Shown here in pieces: positions 18,418 to 27,061 of a stretch of DNA of 64,000 nt (positions within the stretch are counted from its first letter, which is position 1; each line of letters begins with the position of its first letter). Made by a program: the position numbers and the translations under genes. This stretch comes from Eubacteriales bacterium (GTDB lineage Bacteria > Bacillota > Clostridia > Oscillospirales > CAG-272). The notes beneath the pieces were generated by a model that was not told the origin of the DNA, searched no databases, and saw only the letters and a list, made by a program, of their open reading frames with translations. The stretch covers positions 1,296-65,295 of the forward strand of contig JAZODU010000007.1 in assembly GCA_045597145.1 (NCBI GenBank), given 5' to 3'.

Positions 18418-19107
18418 ATGAGCCGTTGTTGGTGCTGCAAAAAAGAAATAACAAAAATTGATATATACGCGAAAGAAAAAGCTAAAATCCCAGAACATCC
18501 ATACTACTTTGCAGAAAATGACAAGCGCGAATCTTGTTACCTATGTAATGTGCCAAGTAACACAAAGTACGAAATAGCAAAAGCGGAACTACGAAACAGC
18601 GTCATTAAGTTAGAACTAATTGGTGGTAGTATACTTGTTTTGCTATCTTTAGTCATAATTTCATGTGCTGTAAATTTTATGCCCTATGAACTTTTGCCGG
18701 TATTGGGCTTCCCAAATCTAATGCTCCCCGACCCTGATGCCTTTGCCCCAATATTAGGTATATTAGGTATTCCCAGCCTAATATTAGGGATTGTAACTTT
18801 TCGAAAACTAGGAATATGGGGAGTACCTCATACTTATGTTGCTCCTCGCACGGAATATGAGGTTAGTTCTCGCTTTGACGGTACATATCGAGTAGAAAAA
18901 AAAGAATATGATGGTGGATATGCTCCTAATTTTTTAGGTATCCTCATAGAAATCGTAGGTGCTCTAACCTTTACGCTTTGGAGCCTCCCACATGCATTTT
19001 ACTCTTTAAGGCAAAAGCGAACTCGCTCGCGCCTTTATAAAAAATGTTCCAGAATCCATGTTGACGCATACTACGAGGCCGTCGAACAATATAAAAATAA
19101 AATTTAA
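18418..19107 (+). CDS. hypothetical membrane protein with N-terminal CxxC..CxxC zinc ribbon (AT-rich, likely acquired)
   Basis: An AAAGGAG SD precedes it. The sequence is MSRCWCCKKE...SCYLC followed by 3-4 TM segments. Its composition is much more AT-rich than the flanks. I recognise no family. Confidence 0.6.
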   Translation: MSRCWCCKKEITKIDIYAKEKAKIPEHPYYFAENDKRESCYLCNVPSNTKYEIAKAELRNSVIKLELIGGSILVLLSLVIISCAVNFMPYELLPVLGFPNLMLPDPDAFAPILGILGIPSLILGIVTFRKLGIWGVPHTYVAPRTEYEVSSRFDGTYRVEKKEYDGGYAPNFLGILIEIVGALTFTLWSLPHAFYSLRQKRTRSRLYKKCSRIHVDAYYEAVEQYKNKI

Positions 19108-19114
19108 GAAACAG

Positions 19115-19149
19115 AAAAGGAACTGCCTACACCGAAACAGTTCCTTTTT
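19115..19149 (+). terminator. intrinsic terminator
   Basis: AAAAGGAACTG-12 nt-CAGTTCCTTTT plus T. Confidence 0.85.
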
Positions 19150-19193
19150 GTTGTGTAACGAAAAACACCATCACCGTATCGGTGGTCATGGCT

Positions 19194-19499
19194 TTACAGC
19201 TCAAAATCCACACACGAGCGCGCGCGGCGCACGGGACGCATGAACGTCCCAACCGCGACGTGATCGGGGTGAACGCGATAGCGCTCGAGATCCTCAAAGG
19301 AATCAAAGTCCGAGATCAGAACCAGATCCCAGTTGCCTGCGGGCGCGTCCTTTGCGTTGGTTGCCACGGTGGACGCACGGATCCACTCGATCTTCTCGGG
19401 CAGAGCCTCCGGTATCGCTTTTGTGATTGCAACGTTTTCCTCGCGCGTTCTTCCCTGCGCCTCATCCAAAAATTCAAACATACAAACGTGTCGAATCAT
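19194..19499 (-). CDS. Dabb (stress-responsive alpha/beta barrel) family protein
   Basis: 101 aa. MIRHVCMFEF...DFDSFEDLERYRVHPDHVAV is the typical Dabb signature. Confidence 0.8.
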   Translation of the reverse strand: MIRHVCMFEFLDEAQGRTREENVAITKAIPEALPEKIEWIRASTVATNAKDAPAGNWDLVLISDFDSFEDLERYRVHPDHVAVGTFMRPVRRARSCVDFEL

Positions 19500-19511
19500 A
19501 TCATTTCCCCT

Positions 19512-19850
19512 TTATCTGACCACTTCGATTTCAATGCCGACAGCACCGTATCGAGCCTGCTCCTCGGCGGTGTAAAATCCGTCCATATCGCGCATCAGTG
19601 ATGCCGCGTCCGCGTAGCCGCATTTCTCCAGCGGCAACGTAGCGTACAAATCCTCAAAGCTCTCAAACGAATATAGTGCCACCACGCGTGCCGTCAGCGA
19701 CTCGGACGCATCCGCGCGGTTGAGAAAGGTGATGCAATCACCGATCCGTATGCGCCGTCTTTTCTCATCGTTCAGGCGCAGTTCTATCGTTTTCGTGCCG
19801 TTTTGCACCTGCCGAAAGGGCTCCTCGTGCAATTGCATGATATACGTCAT
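19512..19850 (-). CDS. ASCH domain protein
   Basis: 112 aa. F..V.NGTKTIELRLNDEKRRRIRIGD is the typical ASCH N-terminus. Confidence 0.7.
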   Translation of the reverse strand: MTYIMQLHEEPFRQVQNGTKTIELRLNDEKRRRIRIGDCITFLNRADASESLTARVVALYSFESFEDLYATLPLEKCGYADAASLMRDMDGFYTAEEQARYGAVGIEIEVVR

Positions 19851-20401
19851 TTTTGTTCTTGTCCTCCATACTCCGAATCATTCGGAATGCTTTTGATATG
19901 GGCAAAGGTCTTCTTTTCCCCTTTTTCCGCCAGCATCACGAGCCACGACTCCAAAAGATCCGCCGTGTCGGCGTGCATCTTCCGGCGCGCGTTACCGCGC
20001 TGAAAGTAGCCGAGCGGATGCCCATCGGTGTAATTTTCTCCTTGGTAGATCTTGCTCGCCGCCACGCGGTCGCAAAACATCTCCTTGACGTAGCGCATCG
20101 GCATTCTGACAGGCTCATACAGCTTGGTCGCGGGATTGAGATCGTTCCAATACTCAAAATGATGCCGATTTCGTCCCTTGTGGTGCAGCCACGCGGGCGA
20201 ATAGCCAAATAGCTCGCGCTCGCGCTCGTTGGGACTGCGCGTGCCCTGATAATACTTCGCGCCGGGGATAAATTCCGTGGGAGAAAGCTTGGAAAGATCA
20301 TGCCACAGCCCCTGCCAACCGATTCCTGCGCGGCGGCAATGTGCAATGACCTTACGGCGGTGCCTGATGATCGTGCGCAAATGCAAAAACGGATGTGCCA
20401 T
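19847..20401 (-). CDS. conserved hypothetical protein, resembles DUF5662 (His-rich, HD-like)
   Basis: LWHDLSKLSPTEF...WLHHKGRNRHHFEYW. It has a 4-nt overlap with the downstream ASCH gene. Confidence 0.5.
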   Translation of the reverse strand: MAHPFLHLRTIIRHRRKVIAHCRRAGIGWQGLWHDLSKLSPTEFIPGAKYYQGTRSPNERERELFGYSPAWLHHKGRNRHHFEYWNDLNPATKLYEPVRMPMRYVKEMFCDRVAASKIYQGENYTDGHPLGYFQRGNARRKMHADTADLLESWLVMLAEKGEKKTFAHIKSIPNDSEYGGQEQK

Positions 20402-20513
20402 AGACGCTCCTCCCTCACAATTTCCTATCTATTATACCGCAAAAAAGCGGATTCGTCAATCCCGTTTTGCAAAAACATAAAAAAGATACATTTGCAACAA
20501 AGCGCACCGCATA

Positions 20514-20542
20514 TTGACAAAACGTGAAAGCTGTAGTAAAAT
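20514..20542 (+). promoter_or_regulatory. SigA-type promoter
   Basis: TTGACA, 17 nt, TAAAAT, 32 nt before ATG 20575. Confidence 0.6.
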
Positions 20543-20574
20543 AAAAGAAACGCTACGAAAGGAACACACGGCAA

Positions 20575-21327
20575 ATGACCTTTTCCTTTGGGGAATCCAC
20601 CTCTGTTTATCTCGGCGGCATCATGACCTGCACGCTCCTCAACCTCTTGGGACACGTGCTCGACGCATATCTTGGAACCTATCAGATCTTCTCGATCCTT
20701 TGCAAGCTCCCGCCAATCCTCATTATGCTCGGCATCATGTGGAAATTAAAAAACGCAAAGCTCCTCGTCTACGGAAAATTCTGGACGCCATATCTTGCAT
20801 TCGCGCTCCTGCCTCTGGTTTTCAGTGCCCTTGTCAATACGGGACATCCGAACATCACTCCCACAGTCGGCGTGCTGCTCCTCGGAATCACAAGCATGCT
20901 CACAACCATTCTCTGGGAAGAGCTCTTCTTCCATTACGTCGGGCAGATGCTCTTTGAGAAAAACGACACCTACACGCTCTCCGCCCTCGCTGTGCTGGTC
21001 TTGGGCTTGGGTCTTTCGCACCTGTGCTATATCCTGCTTGACCCTACCATGCTCGAGGAGGTCATCTGGCAAACGGTGCTGACCACCTGCTTCGGATTTT
21101 TCTCGATCACCCTCTATGCAAAAACGCAAAACATCTGGGTCACCGTCGTGGCGCACCTTGCTATGAATATTCTCAACACCCTCTCCGCACTCTTCGCGGA
21201 AAAGCCCTATTTCCACAACTATGCCCCCCTCTTGGACACCACCTACTGTGTCTGCCTCCTGATCGCAGGCGCGATCCTCTACCACCTGAACAAGGAAAAA
21301 AAGCATCTCGCTCCGTTGCATCATTGA
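20575..21327 (+). CDS. CPBP family intramembrane metalloprotease (CAAX/Abi-like)
   Basis: It is polytopic, with an EELFFH motif (EExxxR-like) and an HLAMN motif (HxxxN). Confidence 0.7.
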   Translation: MTFSFGESTSVYLGGIMTCTLLNLLGHVLDAYLGTYQIFSILCKLPPILIMLGIMWKLKNAKLLVYGKFWTPYLAFALLPLVFSALVNTGHPNITPTVGVLLLGITSMLTTILWEELFFHYVGQMLFEKNDTYTLSALAVLVLGLGLSHLCYILLDPTMLEEVIWQTVLTTCFGFFSITLYAKTQNIWVTVVAHLAMNILNTLSALFAEKPYFHNYAPLLDTTYCVCLLIAGAILYHLNKEKKHLAPLHH

Positions 21328-21338
21328 TGGTTCGGAGA

Positions 21339-21382
21339 TTTACGGGGAGGAAACTTTTTGAAAAAAGTTTCCTCCCCGTAAA
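21339..21382. terminator. bidirectional intrinsic terminator (20-bp stem)
   Basis: TTTACGGGGAGGAAACTTTT-TGAA-AAAAGTTTCCTCCCCGTAAA, between convergent genes. Confidence 0.9.
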
Positions 21383-21391
21383 ATCTCATTC

Positions 21392-22870
21392 TTACAACAA
21401 TATACAAATCAAACCGTTGCTGCCTTCGTTGATAATGCGTTCAAGTGTTTCGGAAAGCTTTTTGCGGGATTCCTCGGGCATGTGATCAAGCTTGGTGTGA
21501 AGCCCCTCGTTGATCAGCTCGTAAAGCGACTTGCCGAACATATTGGACTGCCAGATGCTCTTGGGATCCTCCTCAAACTCCTTGAGCATATAGCGCACCA
21601 GATCCTCGGACTGCTGCTCGGTGCCAACCATCGGGTTGATCTCTGCCTCAATGTTTGCGCGGATCATGTGCACCGATTGCGCCCCCGCACGAAGCTTGAC
21701 ACCGTAGCCGCCCGACTGCTTGACGATCTGCGGCTCCTCAAGATGCAGATCCTCCACCTCGGGCATCACGATCCCGTAACCCGTGGAGTTGACCTGATCC
21801 AACGCCTGTGCCACCTTGTCGTATTTTGCTTTCATTGCCGCAAGCTCGCGCAACAGAGCGATCAACGCGCGCTCGTCGGCAACGTCAAAGCCCGTCAGCT
21901 CGCTGATCACACTGTAATAAAGTCCGTCCTCCATGCGCACCGCAACCGTCGCCTGCCCCGTGCCAAGCTCCAAAAGCTCCACCGAGGCGTCACGGATATA
22001 TTCGTTTTCAGCCATTGCTTCAAACGCGCGGTGAACGTCACCTGCCTTGTATACCCCCTCGGCGCAACGGCAAACCGACGCACGCACCGACGCACGAATA
22101 CGGTGATTGTCGTCCAGCGCGTTGACCCATTCGGGCATTCTGATGCGGATCTCGGTCACAGGAAACTCCTCCAGCACCAGCCCCAAAATGTGACGGATAT
22201 CCTCTGCGTCAAGCTCCAGACAGCTGACCAGCGCCACGGGAACGCCGTATTTTTCCTCCAGCTCGAGCGCAAGATTGCGGCTGTTTTCACTTTCGGGACG
22301 CATCGAATTGAGAATGATGGCAAAGGGCTTGCCAATCTCCTTCAATTCCCGCACGATCCGCTCCTCGGCTTCAATATATGCGTCGCGCGGGATCTCACCG
22401 ATCGAGCCATCGGTGGTAACCAGCATTCCGATAGTGGAATGCTCGGTGATCACCTTGTGCGTCCCCATCTCCGCCGCCTCCACGAAGGGCATCGGCTCCT
22501 CGCGCCAGGGCGTGCGCACCATGCGAGGCTGTCCGTTTTCGATCGCCCCCATCGCCTCGGGGATCAGATACCCCACGCAATCGATCATGCGCACACGCAT
22601 CTGCGCATTGTTGTCAAGGATCACGGGAATCGCTTCCTCGGGGATAAACTTGGGCTCGGTGGTCATCACGGTCTTGCCTGCCGCCGACTGCGGCAGCTCG
22701 TCGCGTGCACGCTCACGGGAGTAGCCCTCTCCCATGTTGGGAAGCACCACGGCTTCCATGAATCTCTTAATAAAGGTAGACTTTCCGCTTCGCACAGGGC
22801 CCACGACACCAACGTAAATGTCGCCGCCCGTCCGCTCTGCTATGTCCTTGTAAATCGAATGCTCAGGCAT
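21392..22870 (-). CDS. spoIVA: stage IV sporulation protein A
   Basis: MPEHSIYKDIAERTGGDIYVGVVGPVRSGKSTFIKRFME closely matches the B. subtilis SpoIVA N-terminus and Walker A. At 492 aa it is the same length class. ATG 22870 has a GGGAGG SD. Confidence 0.95.
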   Translation of the reverse strand: MPEHSIYKDIAERTGGDIYVGVVGPVRSGKSTFIKRFMEAVVLPNMGEGYSRERARDELPQSAAGKTVMTTEPKFIPEEAIPVILDNNAQMRVRMIDCVGYLIPEAMGAIENGQPRMVRTPWREEPMPFVEAAEMGTHKVITEHSTIGMLVTTDGSIGEIPRDAYIEAEERIVRELKEIGKPFAIILNSMRPESENSRNLALELEEKYGVPVALVSCLELDAEDIRHILGLVLEEFPVTEIRIRMPEWVNALDDNHRIRASVRASVCRCAEGVYKAGDVHRAFEAMAENEYIRDASVELLELGTGQATVAVRMEDGLYYSVISELTGFDVADERALIALLRELAAMKAKYDKVAQALDQVNSTGYGIVMPEVEDLHLEEPQIVKQSGGYGVKLRAGAQSVHMIRANIEAEINPMVGTEQQSEDLVRYMLKEFEEDPKSIWQSNMFGKSLYELINEGLHTKLDHMPEESRKKLSETLERIINEGSNGLICILL

Positions 22871-22877
22871 CACAAAA

Positions 22878-22913
22878 CCTCCCATATATCGCGTTGTTAC
22901 AATATATGGGAGG
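22878..22913 (-). promoter_or_regulatory. perfect 12-bp inverted repeat enclosing the spoIVA SD
   Basis: On the mRNA strand: CCTCCCATATAT-TGTAACAACGCG-ATATATGGGAGG. The 3' arm contains the SD, 7 nt before the ATG. Confidence 0.5.
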
Positions 22914-23013
22914 TCGCTCGCATTTAGAACAAGCCTATTTATTTTTTTAGCCATCAAGAGAAAATCGGACGCTCGCCTCTCTTTTTCCAAGGAGAGGCGT
23001 CCCTAAAATTTTC

Positions 23014-23574
23014 TTACTCAAGAACCTTAAAGTACCCCTGCGGATGCAAGCAGGTGGGGCAAACGACGGGCGGCTCCTTGCCTGTGACCACGTAGCCGCA
23101 ATTGATGCAGATCCACTTGGTGCTCTCGCTGTCCGAGGAAAACACATTCCCCGACTTGAGCTTAGTCAACGCCTTCCGATAGTTCTCCTCGTGCATTTTT
23201 TCAATGCTCGCCACGCGTGAGAACAGATTGGCGATCTCCTCAAAGCCCTCCTCTCGCGCAGTCTTTTCAAACTCCGCATACATCGTTTCCCACTCAAACT
23301 GCTCCCCCGACGCCGCAACCTCCAAATTGCGCTCGGTGCCGCTCCAGCCGCCAAGATACTTGAACCAGATCTCGGCGTGCTCCATCTCGTTCGCGGCGGT
23401 GTCGCGGAAGAGCTCCGAGATCTCCACGTAGCCGTCATTCCTCGCCTTTTCCTCGAACCACTTGTAGCGCAAATACGCCTGCGATTCGCCGGAGAGTGCG
23501 GTGTGCAGATTCTTCTCGGTCTGCGTCCCAACGATATTTTCGGCAAACACGCCCGGTTTTGTGTAAACAGCCAT
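23014..23574 (-). CDS. rbr: rubrerythrin
   Basis: It has ferritin-like diiron motifs (E..YL.Y; EMEHAEIW) and a C-terminal rubredoxin-like CINCG..CPTC. ATG 23574 lies 10 nt after GGAGGA. Confidence 0.9.
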   Translation of the reverse strand: MAVYTKPGVFAENIVGTQTEKNLHTALSGESQAYLRYKWFEEKARNDGYVEISELFRDTAANEMEHAEIWFKYLGGWSGTERNLEVAASGEQFEWETMYAEFEKTAREEGFEEIANLFSRVASIEKMHEENYRKALTKLKSGNVFSSDSESTKWICINCGYVVTGKEPPVVCPTCLHPQGYFKVLE

Positions 23575-23648
23575 TTGATACAATCCTCCAAAAAAACAAA
23601 TCGGGATACCCCGTACCCCGATTTTTTACCTATAGCGGAAGAAATTAT

Positions 23649-24254
23649 TCAATGTTTCTTCTTTTTGCGGTGCTTTTCCTTCCATTCGTCCTCAAGGATC
23701 GCACAAACGCCCACGTTGACGTAATTCCCCTTGACAAGCATGCCGCCGCGCGCCACCCCCTCAAAGGTCATGCCCACCTTTTCCATCACACGGCGCGAAC
23801 GGTCGTTCTCCTCGATAAAGCGCGCTTCAATGCGGTGCAACCCCAGAACCTCAAAGCCAAACTCCAGTACACGCGAAAGTGCCTCGGGTGCGATCCCCTT
23901 TCCCCAATAGGCGGGATTGAGCACGTATCCGACCTCGGCACTGTCGTTGGTGCAGTTGAACGAGGTAAAACCGCACGTGCCGATCATCTTGCAATCGGGC
24001 TCGTAAACGATCGCCCAATCGTAAAACATCCCCGCGCTGTAGCGGTTGCCGAGATATTGCAAATACTCGCGCGTATAATCCCTGTCGGGGTGCGGCTGCC
24101 AGGTCAGGTATTTCGTAACCTCCAGGCGTGATGCGTATTCGTACATATCCGCCGTGTCAATCACCATCATCTTGCGCAGCGTCAACCGCTCGGTGACAAG
24201 CTCGGGCATATGCGAAAACACGCGATAAATCTTTTCTTTCTTCATTCTTCTCAC
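23649..24254 (-). CDS. GNAT family N-acetyltransferase (RimJ/RimL-like)
   Basis: RLTLRKM...GYVLNPAYWGKGIAPEAL...LHRIEARFIEENDRSRRVMEKVGM. The start is either GTG 24254 or ATG 24245. Confidence 0.85.
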   Translation of the reverse strand: MRRMKKEKIYRVFSHMPELVTERLTLRKMMVIDTADMYEYASRLEVTKYLTWQPHPDRDYTREYLQYLGNRYSAGMFYDWAIVYEPDCKMIGTCGFTSFNCTNDSAEVGYVLNPAYWGKGIAPEALSRVLEFGFEVLGLHRIEARFIEENDRSRRVMEKVGMTFEGVARGGMLVKGNYVNVGVCAILEDEWKEKHRKKKKH

Positions 24255-24419
24255 AATCCTTACGTTATCGCTTCTATTATATCGAAAAAGCGCACCAAAT
24301 GCAAGGGATTTCCAAAAAAATCCGCAAGTATTTTCGCGCGAGCCTTTCTTTTTTTGCTTTGATATGGTATAATAAGATATGGTCCGATTATGACCGATTT
24401 TGAAGAAAGGAGCCGCAAA

Positions 24420-24839
24420 ATGGATTACATCGTTCCCGACATTCTTTCAAGCGAGATCATTCCCGTTCTCCTGGGCGTATCTCTTGAGGTCAGCGAAACC
24501 GCGCACCGCATGTATCGTCAGTACGGCGTGGTGTCCCACGTGTTCTGCGACAAGGTGCCCATTGCCATGCGGCTCTCGCTCTGCATGAAATTTCACGTGA
24601 TCCGCCGCACCTCGCACGAGCGGCTTCTGATACAGGCGCTTTGTGATTTTGCCGATCAGCTCGGCAACCGCGACGTTATTTTGTATCTGATCCCCTGCAC
24701 CGAGGAATACGCAGGGCTCGTCTGGAACCGACACGAGGAATTGGAAAGTCGGTTCGTGCTTGCCGACAAATCGGAAATGTACCGCGTTTGGTTTGGCGAG
24801 GAGGATCCTGCACCCGTGACGAAAGGAGAAGGCGTATGA
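24420..24839 (+). CDS. small hypothetical protein (about 139 aa), weak resemblance to pre-ATP-grasp N-domains
   Basis: An AAAGGAG SD lies 7 nt before ATG 24420. The stop overlaps the racemase start (ATGA). IIPVLLGVSLEVSETAHRMYRQYGVVSHVF resembles the N-termini of ATP-grasp carboxylate-amine ligases, by eye only. Confidence 0.45.
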   Translation: MDYIVPDILSSEIIPVLLGVSLEVSETAHRMYRQYGVVSHVFCDKVPIAMRLSLCMKFHVIRRTSHERLLIQALCDFADQLGNRDVILYLIPCTEEYAGLVWNRHEELESRFVLADKSEMYRVWFGEEDPAPVTKGEGV

Positions 24840-25570
24840 CAGAACCGAATATCCTGCTCGGTGTTCTCGGCGGATTGGGACCTATGTCCACCGTTTACTT
24901 CTGCGAGCTTCTCAACCGCCACACGCTGGCGCAAAAGGACAGCGATCACATTGATATGATCGTCAGCAGCCGCGCCTCCACCCCCGACCGCACGGCGTTT
25001 ATCCTCGGGGACTCTTCCGTCGATCCCCTCCCCGTGATGCTTGCCGACGCGCAGCGTCTGGAGGCAGCAGGTGCTGATCTGATCGTGATCCCCTGCAACA
25101 CCGCACACTATTTTTACGACGGACTGGCACTCGCCTCTCGCGTTCCGATCTTAAACATCATCCGCGAAACCGTTGCACACTTAAAGCGAACGGGCGTACA
25201 GACCTTTGGTCTGCTTGCCACCGACGGCACCGTACAATCGGGTGCTTATCACCGCGTCTGCGCGGAGCAAGGCATCGAATGTCTGACCCCCACAAGCGAA
25301 GAACAAGTGCTCATCATGTCTATCATTTACGATTCCATCAAGCAAAACAAGCCCGTAGATGGCGAGGCATTTCTGCGCGTGGCGGATTCGCTTACCTCCC
25401 GCGGCTGTCAGCGGCTGGTGCTCGGCTGTACCGAGCTCTCGCTTCTCAAGGCGCAGGGGCTCTGCGACGCACGCTTTCTCGATTCGCTCGAGGTTCTGGC
25501 ATGGCGCACGATCCTCGCGTGCGGCAAAGAGCCGATCGGCTTTGACGAGGAATTTGAGGTGACGCCATGA
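24836..25570 (+). CDS. aspartate/glutamate racemase family protein (aspartate racemase-like)
   Basis: GVLGGLGPMST, VIPCNTAHYF and LGCTELSLL (the two catalytic Cys blocks). It has ATGA overlaps on both sides. Confidence 0.85.
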   Translation: MTEPNILLGVLGGLGPMSTVYFCELLNRHTLAQKDSDHIDMIVSSRASTPDRTAFILGDSSVDPLPVMLADAQRLEAAGADLIVIPCNTAHYFYDGLALASRVPILNIIRETVAHLKRTGVQTFGLLATDGTVQSGAYHRVCAEQGIECLTPTSEEQVLIMSIIYDSIKQNKPVDGEAFLRVADSLTSRGCQRLVLGCTELSLLKAQGLCDARFLDSLEVLAWRTILACGKEPIGFDEEFEVTP

Positions 25571-27045
25571 CGGCAAAAGAGCTTTTATGCGAATGCTTCC
25601 CCACAGTACATCTGCCCGCGACCAAGATCACAACGCTGACCGATAACACCGCAAAAGCCAACGGACAAAGCGTTTTCGTTTGCATCAAGGGCGCACGCGC
25701 CGACGGGCACGCGCTTGCCGTGCACGCTTATGAGAGCGGCTGTCGCATCTTCGTGGCGGAGCACGCCATCTCCCTCCCCGCCGACGCTACGGTTCTTGTC
25801 TGTGAGAACACCCGCAAAGCACTGGCACACCTTGTCTGCCGCTTTTACGGACACCCCTCGCGCGAAATGCACGTCATCGGCATCACAGGCACCAAGGGCA
25901 AAACCACGACCGCGCATCTTCTCTCACATATTCTCAATCAAAACGGTATTCCCTGCGGCTACATCGGCACGAATGGGATCGCCTACGGCAACGTTACCCG
26001 CTCTACCGTCAACACCACCCCCGACCCGATCACGCTTCAATCAGCTCTGCGAGATATGCGGGAGGCAAGCATGCGCGCCGTCGTCATGGAGGTGTCCTCG
26101 CAGGCGCTCATGCAATCGCGCGCCGACGGAACGCACTTCCAAACCGTCCTCTTTACCAATCTCGCACTCGATCACGTAGGTCCTCGCGAGCACGCAAGCT
26201 TTGAGGATTATATGGCGTGCAAAAAGCGGCTGTTTACCGATTTCAATGCCCAAAACGTCATCTGGAACTGCGACGATCCCTATACCGCAGAAATGCAAAG
26301 CGGCTGTACGATCCCACGCGTGATACGGTGCGCGACGCAGGAACCTGCCGATTGCACCGCCACCAACATCATGCCCTTCCGCACACATACCTCGGCGGGC
26401 ATTGCGTTTACCTATACGGTACACGGCGAGCAAACGCCCTGCACGCTCTCCTTGGTTGGCAGCTGTAACGTATCCAACGCACTCCTCGCCGCCGCAACCG
26501 CAACCGAGCTCTTTGGGATCTCTCCCGAGCGCACCGCCGCTTCCCTTGCCGCCTGTGCGGTCAGCGGCAGATCCGAGTGGCTCGCACTCCCGAACGGTGC
26601 CGCTGTCGTGATCGACTACGCCCACAATGGCGAGAGCCTGCGTCGGATCCTGACCTCACTCCGCGAATACGCACCCACGCGCCTCATCTCGCTCTTCGGC
26701 TCGGTCGGAGAGCGCTCACAGCTACGGCGCGCCGATCTGGGACGTGTCGCAGCAGAGCTGTCCGACCTTTGTATCCTGACCTCGGACAACCCCGGATACG
26801 AAGATCCTAAAGCAATTATCAGCGAGATCGCCGCCGCGATCCGTCCGCACGGTACACCGTATCACACGGTCACAGACCGCAAGGAAGCCATCGAATATGC
26901 CCTTTCCCTCTCCCGCAACGGCGACATTCTCCTGCTTGCAGGCAAGGGGCACGAGGAATATCAACTCATCGGACGCGAAAAATGCCCTTTCTCGGAGAGG
27001 GCGATCGTTGCCGATCACATCGCAAAATTTTCAACCGTTATTTAA
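25567..27045 (+). CDS. murE: UDP-N-acetylmuramoyl-L-alanyl-D-glutamate--diamino acid ligase (MurE family)
   Basis: GITGTKGKTTT P-loop, NTTPD, EVSSQAL, FTNLALDH and LLAGKGHE. The specificity motif reads DNPG (26785-26796) rather than DNPR. Confidence 0.88.
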   Translation: MTAKELLCECFPTVHLPATKITTLTDNTAKANGQSVFVCIKGARADGHALAVHAYESGCRIFVAEHAISLPADATVLVCENTRKALAHLVCRFYGHPSREMHVIGITGTKGKTTTAHLLSHILNQNGIPCGYIGTNGIAYGNVTRSTVNTTPDPITLQSALRDMREASMRAVVMEVSSQALMQSRADGTHFQTVLFTNLALDHVGPREHASFEDYMACKKRLFTDFNAQNVIWNCDDPYTAEMQSGCTIPRVIRCATQEPADCTATNIMPFRTHTSAGIAFTYTVHGEQTPCTLSLVGSCNVSNALLAAATATELFGISPERTAASLAACAVSGRSEWLALPNGAAVVIDYAHNGESLRRILTSLREYAPTRLISLFGSVGERSQLRRADLGRVAAELSDLCILTSDNPGYEDPKAIISEIAAAIRPHGTPYHTVTDRKEAIEYALSLSRNGDILLLAGKGHEEYQLIGREKCPFSERAIVADHIAKFSTVI

Positions 27046-27061
27046 AGCAAAGGAGGCACGT

